The notes under the pieces were generated by a model. It worked only from the letters and a program-made list of their open reading frames with translations. It did no database searches and was not told the DNA's origin. 64,000 bases of DNA from positions 6,108 to 70,107 of the forward strand of contig JBDRWW010000008.1 in assembly GCA_039802605.1 (NCBI GenBank). The letters are read 5' to 3'. Both the position numbers and the translations under genes were made by a program. Shown in pieces: positions 19,898-29,075 of the stretch (the first letter of the stretch is position 1; each line of letters begins with the position of its first letter). The DNA comes from a candidate division WOR-3 bacterium (GTDB lineage Bacteria > Hydrothermota > Hydrothermia > LBFQ01).

Positions 19898-20735
19898 ATT
19901 CGTAAATTTTTGCATAAACTTCTCCCAATTCCAAAACCTTGTCAACGAAGGCCTCGGGTAGCAATTTGATCTCCCCCTTAGTCTTAATTACAACACCTAT
20001 AAATACCCCCTTGTATCCAACGGCTGGAATATATACACCGCCTTTGGTATAGAACACGCTCATCCATATACTCGTATCCTTATTTATAAGTTTTTTGGTC
20101 TCCTCAACACCCTCTTTCCCGGTAAATTCCCTTGGTTTTATGAAGAAGGGCAGATTAACACTTAAAGCCACTATATGATCTACCGGAACCATTTTGGCCT
20201 CTTCCTCGGGAAAATCTTCCAATTTTATTTCTTTGATGCCATTCTCATAGGAAAAGCCCAATATAATCCTCCCCAATATTACGGAAATGGCCTTATTGCC
20301 ACTTTGTAAGAAGAATGTGTTTTTTGGCAAAGAGGATTTTAATTTTTTAACATCATCCGCTGACAAAACTTTGGGAATTCCTACGGGCATTTTTAGGAGC
20401 ATTTCAACTTCCTCCCCCGTCGGTATCCTTTTGCCAATATTTTCTAATTTTGATAAATCCCTAAAAACTATCTTGTGGATTATTTCCTCGTTGGGTATAA
20501 ACACTTTAACGGGTGCATCGGTTAAATCGTATTTCCTAACAATACCCTTTGGCCATTCAAATATTTTTTCAAGATTATCCAAGGATGAACCCCAAGTACT
20601 TTCCAAGCCTATTATATTGCCATCCTTCATATACAAAATCACAACACCGTATCCCCTATCGGGTGGGGGGATTATATGAAATTTACCGCTTTCCTTCCTT
20701 TTTGAGGCAAAATACAAAATCACAGAAGGGTTCAT
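19872..20735 (-). CDS. Hypothetical protein.
   Basis: A 287-aa ORF with no recognisable motif. Confidence 0.4.
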   Translation of the reverse strand: MNPSVILYFASKRKESGKFHIIPPPDRGYGVVILYMKDGNIIGLESTWGSSLDNLEKIFEWPKGIVRKYDLTDAPVKVFIPNEEIIHKIVFRDLSKLENIGKRIPTGEEVEMLLKMPVGIPKVLSADDVKKLKSSLPKNTFFLQSGNKAISVILGRIILGFSYENGIKEIKLEDFPEEEAKMVPVDHIVALSVNLPFFIKPREFTGKEGVEETKKLINKDTSIWMSVFYTKGGVYIPAVGYKGVFIGVVIKTKGEIKLLPEAFVDKVLELGEVYAKIYEYDPYMYSP

Positions 20736-20789
20736 TACACCATATATTATAAGGGCGAGTGGGAAACGCCTAAGAGGTTTTAGTTCTAT

Positions 20790-22418
20790 TCACCTGATTA
20801 TAACCTTGTAAATTCTATCGGTTTTCACCATATATACGCCCTTTGGAAGTTTAACCTTCCCGCTGCCTTCAAATATTAACCTACCCTGAGGTGTGTATAT
20901 CTTTGCATTGGTATTCAGGATAACGGTATTGCCCTTAATATTAAAAGGCTCTTTGGATATATGCCTTTCCGATACCGCGATGGAAGTTATTATATCGGCC
21001 CTTGACCTCGGTAAGAGTTGGTATGTGGTTCCGTATTGCCCCACTATTCCTATAATTGAAACGCTGCCGGTTGGTATAGCCATACCGGGTATATCCGTAT
21101 CCGCATCTATCCTTACCACCAAGTTGTCTATACCGTCGGTTACCTGATAGTTTGTATTACCCGTAAATGTTCCACTTGTAGTAAATTGCACATTGTCAAT
21201 CCTTACAAGCATACCCTCGTATGTTTCGCCTATATCCGCAATTGTTAAAACCAACGGCGAAGGTACCCCAACAAATGAAATCGTACTATAAGCCCTAAGG
21301 TTAATTAGTTCCCTTAAATTGAAATATGTGGTTAAAATGCCCGCAACGGCTACCGCCTTCCCCAAAGATGTATCCCCAAGATAGTCGTTGTGAAAGTTTA
21401 TATCAAATACCGCTATGCCCCCAAAGTTTGAAGAAAATGTCGGATAATCCTGAATGTATTCAGGCCTGTTAAAAGTGTTTGCCGTTAATACACCCTTAAC
21501 CTGAACCGTATCGCCATCGGATAACATCCTGGCCTCATAAATCGTTTTAAACCCTTGAACAACATAATATACAGGCGTTATGGTTGAATCCCCAGCATTA
21601 TCCTTTGCCACACCGTAAAACTTCGTCTTTGAGTAAAAGTTTGGCGCGGGTATCGTTGCAACATACACACCGGCGGTATCCAAAGTGGCGCTTACTACCG
21701 TTGGAGTTGAGGAGTTATACCAGTAATACACATAAACCCCAGTTATGCTACCGTCGGAATCCGTTGCGCTGAAATACACATTTACGCTTTGGTTGCTATC
21801 GGGGTTTAACGGGTCAAAGGATAAAAGGCTAATTGAAGGCGGGTTGTTTGATGCCGAATTATATACCCTAACAACATCAAGCCAGAAGTATTTATTAGTG
21901 CCCGGAGAACCACCATCGTTTGCGTTTTTAAACCTGAACCTTATTTTTATGCTGGTCCCGTCGTACGCATCAAGGCCTATTAATACCCGCCTCATGACGT
22001 TTATCGTGTCCCCACCGGCATTAATAAACCATACAGGGGTGGCAAGGCTTGGATCCCCATTTGGTAAAACATCAACAAAAACCGTATCGTTAGGCCCCAT
22101 ATTGCTCGAAGATTGGCTAAAACGGAAGTAAAAGGATAGGGTTTCGGGCCCCGCGTATGTTGAAAGATTTATAAGGGGTGATGTTAATGTTATTTGCCCG
22201 GCACCCGCCGATGATGTATCGCTTACCAAGACCCTAGCATAGTAAGAGCCAAAATCCGGACCAGGCGATGTTGAGTAAGCATTTCTGGACCAAAAAACCC
22301 TTGCCGTCCTCGTTGTATCCCATCCGCTGGGTGGAACGGAAACCTCAAACCCTTCGTCCAACAAATACGCACCGTATAATGGGAACGAAACCAAAAGCAT
22401 TAAAGAAAACCTTTTCAT
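20790..22418 (-). CDS. Secreted protein with a T9SS C-terminal sorting domain.
   Basis: The signal peptide is MKRFSLMLLVSFPLYGA. The C-terminus IYTPQGRLIFEGSGKVKLPKGVYMVKTDRIYKVII is Por-CTD-like. Confidence 0.6.
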   Translation of the reverse strand: MKRFSLMLLVSFPLYGAYLLDEGFEVSVPPSGWDTTRTARVFWSRNAYSTSPGPDFGSYYARVLVSDTSSAGAGQITLTSPLINLSTYAGPETLSFYFRFSQSSSNMGPNDTVFVDVLPNGDPSLATPVWFINAGGDTINVMRRVLIGLDAYDGTSIKIRFRFKNANDGGSPGTNKYFWLDVVRVYNSASNNPPSISLLSFDPLNPDSNQSVNVYFSATDSDGSITGVYVYYWYNSSTPTVVSATLDTAGVYVATIPAPNFYSKTKFYGVAKDNAGDSTITPVYYVVQGFKTIYEARMLSDGDTVQVKGVLTANTFNRPEYIQDYPTFSSNFGGIAVFDINFHNDYLGDTSLGKAVAVAGILTTYFNLRELINLRAYSTISFVGVPSPLVLTIADIGETYEGMLVRIDNVQFTTSGTFTGNTNYQVTDGIDNLVVRIDADTDIPGMAIPTGSVSIIGIVGQYGTTYQLLPRSRADIITSIAVSERHISKEPFNIKGNTVILNTNAKIYTPQGRLIFEGSGKVKLPKGVYMVKTDRIYKVIIR

Positions 22419-22421
22419 AAG

Positions 22422-24407
22422 ATGGGTATTTTAAGGCCGCTGGGCAAAGTCGCAAGGGTTTTAATTCCACTATACAATATTTACCCGGAAAAACCCATGA
22501 AAAGGCAATCAAATAGGATAAATTTTAGAAAAGGTCCGAGGTGTTTAGGGCCTATTTCCAACTTGGAGGAACAGGTAAAACCGGATTGGTGGAGGAGGAT
22601 TTTCAACTCCATATATCTAAAAACCGACGCGGATGTCGTGGATGACCAGAGGATAACCAAAAGGGAGATAGACCTGTTTTCGGAGATCCTAAACCTCTCG
22701 CCGGAAGATAGGATTTTAGACCTGTGTTGTGGTCATGGGAGACATTCCCTTGAACTTGCTAGGAGGGGTTTTCGCAATGTTGAGGGTTTAGACCGCTCGC
22801 ATTATCTAATCCAAAAGGCCAAATCTCAGGCAAAAAAGGAAAATTTAAATGTTAGGTTTAGGGAAGGGGATGCGAGAAAACTACCGTATCCACCGGATAC
22901 ATTTGATGTGGTTCTAATTTTGGGGAATAGTTTTGGATATTTTGAAACCGTTGAAGATGATTTAAGGGTTTTGAGGGAGGTTTTTAGGGTTCTCAAACCA
23001 TGGGGTAGGTTACTCATTGATGTCGCCGATGGTGATTATCTAAGAAACAACTTTCAACCTAGGTCTTGGGAATGGATAGACAAAAAACTTTTCGTTTGTA
23101 GGGAGCGTTCCCTATCAATGGATAAACAGCGTTTAATATCAAGGGAAATAATCACGCATGTTGAGAAGGGGGTTATAGCGGATCAGTTTTATGCCGAAAG
23201 GTTATACACAAAGGAGAGTATTGCGGAACTATTAAAAGAGGCGGGTTTTAGCGATATAAAGTTTCACGGGGAAATATCCCCAAACTCCCAAAGGAATCAG
23301 GATTTGGGAATGATGGAAAGGAGGATTATCGTAACCGCCGTAGCCAGAAAGGAATGGACACCCATTAAAACAAAAAAGAAAAAGGAGATAAAGAATGTCG
23401 TAGTAATCCTTGGAGATCCTACAAAACCCGACCCGTTGAAACCCTTAGGTATCTTTGACGATGACGACTTTTATACCATAGATAAACTAAAGGACGCCCT
23501 TAGGGAATTAAAGGGTTACAATTTCACATATCTTAACAACCACGATACCCTTATTTCCGACCTTATAAAAATGAAAAACAAAATAGACCTCGTTTTTAAC
23601 CTTTGCGACGAAGGTTATAACAACGACCCTAGGAAGGAATTACATGTCCCGGCGTTATTGGAAATCCTTGATATACCGTATACAGGTTCCCCTCCCCAAT
23701 GCCTTGCGTATTGCTATGATAAGTCCCTGGTTCGCGGTATTGCAAAAGAAATGGGTATTCCCGTTCCCGAGGCTTACTTTGTAAATCCGGAAGACACCGC
23801 ATTTGAGCTCCCCTTCGGTTTTCCCGTTATAGTCAAACCCAATTTTGGGGATTCGAGCTTTGGGATTACGCAAAAGAGCGTTTGCAATAATGTAGAGGAA
23901 TTGATAAATGCCATATCCGACATTAGGGAAAAGTTCGGTTATGATAAGCCGATCTTGGTTGAAGAGTTCCTGACGGGAAAGGATTTAACCGTGGGAATTA
24001 TAGGAAACCCACCGGATGACTATACGATTTTACCTATAATTGAAGAGGATTATTCGGCCCTTCCGCCGGATCTTCCAAAGATATGCGGCTATGAGGCCAA
24101 ATGGCTCCCGGATTCGCCTTATTGGAAGATCAAATCCATCCCGGCCAACCTACCCGAAAATACGGAAAAGTTTATTGTAGAATGTTGTTTGAAGCTCTTT
24201 GAAAGGTTGGGTTGCAAGGATTATGCCCGTTTTGATTGGAGGCTTGATTCTGAAGGTAATCCCAAACTCCTTGAAGTTAACCCAAACCCGGGTTGGTGTT
24301 GGGATGGCCACCTCGCAAAGATGGCAAATATAGCGGGAATATCCTATGCCGATATGCTAAGAATGATATTGGAGGCAGCGGAAAAGAGGTTAAATTTAGC
24401 CCGTTGA
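22422..24407 (+). CDS. Fusion protein of an N-terminal class I SAM methyltransferase and a C-terminal D-Ala-D-Ala-ligase-like ATP-grasp domain.
   Basis: LDLCCGHGRHSLELARRG (motif I) and FDVVLILGNSF are the methyltransferase motifs. PVIVKPNFGDSSFGI...LLEVNPNPG is the Ddl/ATP-grasp part. The start is probably MKRQSNR near 22497. Confidence 0.6.
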   Translation: MGILRPLGKVARVLIPLYNIYPEKPMKRQSNRINFRKGPRCLGPISNLEEQVKPDWWRRIFNSIYLKTDADVVDDQRITKREIDLFSEILNLSPEDRILDLCCGHGRHSLELARRGFRNVEGLDRSHYLIQKAKSQAKKENLNVRFREGDARKLPYPPDTFDVVLILGNSFGYFETVEDDLRVLREVFRVLKPWGRLLIDVADGDYLRNNFQPRSWEWIDKKLFVCRERSLSMDKQRLISREIITHVEKGVIADQFYAERLYTKESIAELLKEAGFSDIKFHGEISPNSQRNQDLGMMERRIIVTAVARKEWTPIKTKKKKEIKNVVVILGDPTKPDPLKPLGIFDDDDFYTIDKLKDALRELKGYNFTYLNNHDTLISDLIKMKNKIDLVFNLCDEGYNNDPRKELHVPALLEILDIPYTGSPPQCLAYCYDKSLVRGIAKEMGIPVPEAYFVNPEDTAFELPFGFPVIVKPNFGDSSFGITQKSVCNNVEELINAISDIREKFGYDKPILVEEFLTGKDLTVGIIGNPPDDYTILPIIEEDYSALPPDLPKICGYEAKWLPDSPYWKIKSIPANLPENTEKFIVECCLKLFERLGCKDYARFDWRLDSEGNPKLLEVNPNPGWCWDGHLAKMANIAGISYADMLRMILEAAEKRLNLAR

Positions 24408-24502
24408 TAAATCCAATACTTTGATCTGGCCACCATAAGGCACTTGGAAAGGACAGTAGAAATAGCCAATCTTCGCGTCCGCAAAGATACCATATCTGGT
24501 AG

Positions 24503-25744
24503 CTATGTCCCCTCTTTCCAAGTCCTCATAAGTTGTGCTTCCGAAGGTTTGTCAATCTCCACACCCAAACTTTCCAACTTCCTCCTGGCAACCTCATAAT
24601 CCAATTCATCAGGGAGTTTATAAACCCTTTTCTCCAAGTTTTTCCAATTATCCTTTATATACAAAACTGCCAATGCCTGATTTGAGAAGGACATATCCAT
24701 AACCTCGGCCGGGTGTCCCTCGGCGGCCCCCAAATTGACAAGCCTACCATCCGCCAAAAGATAAACCTTTTTGCCATCCTTAAAAACATACTCCCTTAAA
24801 TTGGGTTTTATCTCCTTAACTTCAACGGATAAATCCTCCAAGTCCCTTTTATTTATTTCCACATCAAAATGCCCGGCATTCGCCAAAATAACCCCATCCT
24901 TTGCAACTTCTAAGTGTTCCTTTCTAACAATATCGGGTTCTCCCGTGGCGGTTATAACCAAATCCGCCTCCTTTATTGCCTCCCCCATAGGTTTAACATA
25001 ATAACCGTCCATATAAGCTTCAAGGGCCTTTATGGGGTCTATTTCCGTTATTACAACCTTACAACCCATACCCTTTAACCTCATGGCTATTCCCTTACCA
25101 ACCCATCCATAACCCGCAACAACCGCCGTTTTCCCGGCGAGTAATATATTCGTAGCCCTTAAAATCCCATCAACCGTACTCTGCCCGGTACCGTACCTGT
25201 TATCAAACAGGAACTTCGTATATGAATCGTTAACCGCTATTATCGGATATTTTAAAACCCCTTCCTCTTCCATCTTTCTAAACCTTACAACTCCCGTTGT
25301 GGTTTCCTCCGTTCCTCCCCATATATCCTTCCACGCTCCGGATTTATGGGCTTCAACGGTTAAATCCGCACCATCGTCAAGGGTTATATGCGGCTTAAAT
25401 TCAAGGCAGGAATAAATATCCGAGTAGTATTCCCTTTCGCTTTCCCCCCTCGTTGCAAAAACTTCAATGCCGTAGTATTTTACCAAAGCGGCGGCAACAT
25501 CGTCCTGGGTTGATAAGGGGTTTGATGCGCATAACCTAACATCCGCACCGAGGGATTTTAGGGTTATTACGAGATTGGCGGTTTCGGTTGTTACATGCAG
25601 GCAAGCCGCTATCCTTATACCTTTCAAGGGTTTTTGGTTTTCGTAATCGGCTCTTATGCTATTCAATACGGGCATTCTGCTTGAAGCCCATTCTATCCTT
25701 TTCTTTCCAATATCCGCAAGGGAAATATCCTTAATTCTTGACAA
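24503..25744 (-). CDS. ahcY: Adenosylhomocysteinase.
   Basis: IRIAACLHVTTETANL is typical, and the NAD-binding GYGWVGKG motif is present. The start is reassigned to TTG at 25744. The first 39 codons in the ORF track are tRNA read-through. Confidence 0.88.
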   Translation of the reverse strand: MSRIKDISLADIGKKRIEWASSRMPVLNSIRADYENQKPLKGIRIAACLHVTTETANLVITLKSLGADVRLCASNPLSTQDDVAAALVKYYGIEVFATRGESEREYYSDIYSCLEFKPHITLDDGADLTVEAHKSGAWKDIWGGTEETTTGVVRFRKMEEEGVLKYPIIAVNDSYTKFLFDNRYGTGQSTVDGILRATNILLAGKTAVVAGYGWVGKGIAMRLKGMGCKVVITEIDPIKALEAYMDGYYVKPMGEAIKEADLVITATGEPDIVRKEHLEVAKDGVILANAGHFDVEINKRDLEDLSVEVKEIKPNLREYVFKDGKKVYLLADGRLVNLGAAEGHPAEVMDMSFSNQALAVLYIKDNWKNLEKRVYKLPDELDYEVARRKLESLGVEIDKPSEAQLMRTWKEGT

Positions 25745-25745
25745 A

Positions 25746-25819
25746 TGGGCGCGGGAGGACTCGAACCTCCGACCTCCGGTATGTGAGACCGGCGCTCTAA
25801 CCAACTGAGCTACGCGCCC
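25746..25819 (-). tRNA. tRNA-Val (CAC).
   Basis: Hand-folded cloverleaf: acceptor GGGCGCG/CGCGCCC, anticodon arm CCGGU-CUCACAU-ACCGG, T-loop TTCGAGT. Confidence 0.8.
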
Positions 25820-25824
25820 AGAAA

Positions 25825-25898
25825 TCGGGGTGCCGGGATTTGAACCCGGGACCTCTTCCACCCCAAGGAAGCGCGCTACCAGGCTGCGCTACACCCCG
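25825..25898 (-). tRNA. tRNA-Pro (GGG).
   Basis: Acceptor CGGGGTG/CACCCCG, anticodon arm CTTCC-TTGGGGT-GGAAG, T-loop TTCAAAT. Confidence 0.8.
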
Positions 25899-25909
25899 AT
25901 GTTTTTAAG

Positions 25910-25984
25910 TCGGGGCGCCCGGATTTGAACCGGGGACCTCCTGCTCCCAAGGCAGGCGCGCTAACCAGACTGCGCTACGCCCCG
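25910..25984 (-). tRNA. tRNA-Pro (TGG).
   Basis: Acceptor CGGGGCG/CGCCCCG, anticodon arm CCTGC-CTTGGGA-GCAGG. Confidence 0.8.
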
Positions 25985-25995
25985 CCCTTTATAAA

Positions 25996-26069
25996 TCGGG
26001 GCGAGAGGACTTGAACCTCCGACCTCCCGGTCCCGAACCGGGCGCGCTACCAGGCTGCGCTACGCCCCG
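25996..26069 (-). tRNA. tRNA-Pro (CGG).
   Basis: Acceptor CGGGGCG/CGCCCCG, anticodon arm CCCGG-TTCGGGA-CCGGG. Confidence 0.8.
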
Positions 26070-26082
26070 GAGGTTTTAAAGG

Positions 26083-26156
26083 TGGTCCCGGGAGGATTCG
26101 AACCTCCGACCTCGCGGTTATCAGCCGCGCGCTCTAACCACCTGAGCTACGGGACC
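26083..26156 (-). tRNA. tRNA-Ile (GAT).
   Basis: Acceptor GGTCCCG/CGGGACC, anticodon arm CGCGG-CTGATAA-CCGCG, T-loop TTCGAAT. Confidence 0.8.
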
Positions 26157-26180
26157 ACTTGGAAGGTGGATATTATAAAG

Positions 26181-26993
26181 TTGAAAAGGTTTTATCAACC
26201 CGATAATACACGCTTGAAGTATTTAAGGCTTTTGCTATTGTTTTGGAAGACCTCTTTGAAGGTTGAAACGGAATACAGGTTAAACTTTTATTTTGCCGTA
26301 ATTAGCAGTTTTATAAACTTTGTGGGTAGCGTTTTTGGTTTAAGCGTATTTTACAAAATCACAAATACCCTTGGAGGTTGGACGTTTGAGGAGGCGTTGG
26401 TGGTTATGGGTATTTTCATCCTCATAGAGGGCTTTTCCCAGTCCGTTTTAAACCCGAATTTAAATTATATTGTGGAATATGTTTGGAAGGGCACGCTTGA
26501 TTTTGTTTTGTTAAAACCCGTAGATAGTCAATTCTATCTATCTTTTAGGAACTTTTCAATTTGGGGTATACCCAACGCCTTATTCGGTTTGGGGTTAATA
26601 ATTTACGGAGCCCTTAAATTGAAGGCCGGCTTGTTGGACATAATAACGGGAATATTTGCCGTTTTCATTTCACTGTTGATACTTTACAGTATATGGTTCG
26701 TTTTGGGCAGTTTGAGTATTTGGTTTGTGAAGATTTACAATATAACTTTTGTTTTGAGGCAGCTGATAGAAGCGGGGAGGTATCCGATAACCGCCTATCC
26801 AGAAGTTTATAGGTTTATATTCACATTTGTGGTACCGGTTATATTTTTAACAACCGTACCGGCAAGTTTTATAAAGGGTGGTGGAAAAACGATTTCGCTT
26901 ATTATTTCGATGTGCGTAGCGGTATTTTTGTTCGTTTTTAGCAGGATTTTCTGGAATTTTGCAAGGAGGCATTATTCAAGCGCATCAAGCTGA
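26181..26993 (+). CDS. ABC-2 family transporter permease (DUF990/ABC2_membrane_6-like).
   Basis: KGTLDFVLLKPV is the family signature and multiple TM helices are present. The ORF-track N-terminus (MVPGGFEPPTSR...) is antisense tRNA read-through. The start is probably TTG near 26181-26214. Confidence 0.5.
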   Translation: MKRFYQPDNTRLKYLRLLLLFWKTSLKVETEYRLNFYFAVISSFINFVGSVFGLSVFYKITNTLGGWTFEEALVVMGIFILIEGFSQSVLNPNLNYIVEYVWKGTLDFVLLKPVDSQFYLSFRNFSIWGIPNALFGLGLIIYGALKLKAGLLDIITGIFAVFISLLILYSIWFVLGSLSIWFVKIYNITFVLRQLIEAGRYPITAYPEVYRFIFTFVVPVIFLTTVPASFIKGGGKTISLIISMCVAVFLFVFSRIFWNFARRHYSSASS

Positions 26994-28856
26994 TTCTTTG
27001 GATTTCTGATATTCCGCTATTATCTTCTGCTGTAAGTCCTTTGGAGCCTCTTCGTAATGTGAAAACTCATACCTTATCCAACACCTACCCTTTGTTATGG
27101 ATCTTAGGGGAACTATGAGGTCATAAACATTTTCTGCGGGAATTTGTGCGCTTATTCTTTGGTAATCCCTTTCGTACGGCTCAAAGCCGAGTATCCTGCC
27201 TCGCCTCGCATTTACCTCCCCTATTATATCCCCCAAAAAGCTTTCGGGGGCGTATATCTCTACGGTGTATATGGGTTCAAGTATGTAAGGGTCCGCGCCT
27301 GCTGCCGCCTCTTTAAAGGCCAATGTTCCGGCAACTTCAAAGGCAAAGTTTGAAGAATCCACCGGGTGATATTTGCCGTCATAAAGCTCAACCCTAACAT
27401 CTATTACGGGATAACCCGCTATCACCCCTTCCGCCATAGCCTTCTTTATACCGTTTTCAACTGCCGGAATGTATTCTTTTGGTATGGCTCCCCCGAATAT
27501 GGAGTTTTTAAACTCGTAGTTTTGTCCCCTCGGCAGGGGTTCAATTTTTATCATTGCAATTCCGTATTGACCCCTTCCACCCGTTTGTTTTACAAACTTA
27601 CCCATACCCTGCGAGGGTTTCCTTATTGTTTCCCTATATGGAATCCTGGGCCTTGCCAGTTCAACCTCAACCCCGAATTTGGCTTTCAGTTTTGAAATTA
27701 TGCTGTTTGCGTGGGTTGTCCCCTGACATTTTAATAAGTGTTGGTGCAATTCAACATCGTATTCGTACGAAAAGGTTGGGTCTTCTCTCAAAAGCCTGTG
27801 TATTGCCTCGGAAATCTTTTCTTCATCGGATTTACCCTTGGGTCTAATGGCCACAACATAGGGCTTAAATACATCCTCAAAGGGTTCAAAGTTAAAACCA
27901 TTGCCGTTTGAGGTCAGAATATCGCCTATTTCGGCATCTTTCAATTTTGGTAATAGTATGAACTCGCCCGCCTTAACCCTTTCCACCTCTATCCTTTCCC
28001 TTCCAAAGGGTACATATAGATGAGAGATTTTTTCTTTATTTCCCGTTCTCTTATTAACCAACTCTATACCCTTGGATATTTCTCCAAAGGCACGGGCATA
28101 AAACTGTTCCCCCATGGATGGGTCAAATGTGGACTTAAAAATCACCGCAATGGGGGACTCTTCTCCCTTATGCGGTGGCATAAAATGAACCATAAAGAAC
28201 AACAAGTGCCTAATGTCGGCTTCATTTTCAACAAAGAATACGGGGTGAATGTGGGTTGTGGTTAATGCCTTTTCCATAACGGAAAACAGTTCCTCCCTAC
28301 TTATATCATGCCCTTCAAGGAATTCCTCTAAAAGTTTGTCATCCATCGAAATTATCTCTTCCTTAAAGTCTTCCGTAAGGTTTTCAAGGTTGAAGGGTTT
28401 TCCCGGAGGGGCAAAGGGTTTGGTATCGGGTCCGGCGAGTTCTTGTAGCACTTTTAAGGTGCCCTCCCAATCACCGGAGGAATACTGGGTTATAACAAAA
28501 CCCGAGGGTATGTTGTACTTTTGAGCCGTTAAATACGCGGCTTCAACGGAGGCATCCAAACCAGACCCCGCCTTTATAAAAATCATTGCCACATCGGCCA
28601 TCCTTATAGCCCTTTGGGTTTGGGGCATAAACTCTATAAATCCCGGCGTATCTATAAAGTAAAAATGGTCTTCGCTTTCTATATGGGAAAACACCTTAAC
28701 CGTTGTGGTTGAACCCCTATCCTGTTCATCCGGCTCAAAGTCTAAATATTTCGTTTCAGGCTTTGGTATTTTTTTTGCCATATACAATATACCCGCAAGG
28801 GTATGCGTTTTACCGGATAAAGGCTGTCCGGCGAATACAACGCTTTTAACCTTCAT
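26985..28856 (-). CDS. Elongation factor G paralog (EF-G-like GTPase with degenerate G1/G4 motifs).
   Basis: G1 is AGQPLSGKT and G3 is DTPG, but there is no NKxD. Domains IV/V are strongly EF-G-like (GGRGQYG, HPVDSSNFAFEVAG). Length is 623 aa. Confidence 0.7.
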   Translation of the reverse strand: MKVKSVVFAGQPLSGKTHTLAGILYMAKKIPKPETKYLDFEPDEQDRGSTTTVKVFSHIESEDHFYFIDTPGFIEFMPQTQRAIRMADVAMIFIKAGSGLDASVEAAYLTAQKYNIPSGFVITQYSSGDWEGTLKVLQELAGPDTKPFAPPGKPFNLENLTEDFKEEIISMDDKLLEEFLEGHDISREELFSVMEKALTTTHIHPVFFVENEADIRHLLFFMVHFMPPHKGEESPIAVIFKSTFDPSMGEQFYARAFGEISKGIELVNKRTGNKEKISHLYVPFGRERIEVERVKAGEFILLPKLKDAEIGDILTSNGNGFNFEPFEDVFKPYVVAIRPKGKSDEEKISEAIHRLLREDPTFSYEYDVELHQHLLKCQGTTHANSIISKLKAKFGVEVELARPRIPYRETIRKPSQGMGKFVKQTGGRGQYGIAMIKIEPLPRGQNYEFKNSIFGGAIPKEYIPAVENGIKKAMAEGVIAGYPVIDVRVELYDGKYHPVDSSNFAFEVAGTLAFKEAAAGADPYILEPIYTVEIYAPESFLGDIIGEVNARRGRILGFEPYERDYQRISAQIPAENVYDLIVPLRSITKGRCWIRYEFSHYEEAPKDLQQKIIAEYQKSKESA

Positions 28857-28980
28857 ATTCGGGTTATTCTACGGCGGGAAATTTTTTTATAATGGGCGAG
28901 CATCGCCAATAATTTCATCACAACTTCCTAAGAGTAGCCGAGAGGTTTTCTCTTCCCCGATCGGAAAAACTCCGTACCTT

Positions 28981-29005
28981 AAGACTTTTTTGCCTCTTTG
29001 CATCA
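28981..29005. repeat. 25-bp direct repeat copy 1 (AAGACTTTTTTGCCTCTTTGCATCA).
   Basis: Identical to 30595..30619. It flanks the restriction-modification cassette. Confidence 0.9.
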
Positions 29006-29075
29006 TATTCCAAATTAACATATTCCGTATATGCCGGCTTATACGCCGTTTCGCCTATCATTTTCACCTGGAAAT

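Noticed and set aside
24503-25861. The first 39 codons of the ORF-track version of ahcY ([39 protein letters not shown]).
   Set aside because: This is a translation of the tRNA-Val/Pro genes on the same strand. The sequence GSNPG...AQLVRA...RRFESS is the classic tRNA read-through peptide. The true start is the TTG at 25744.
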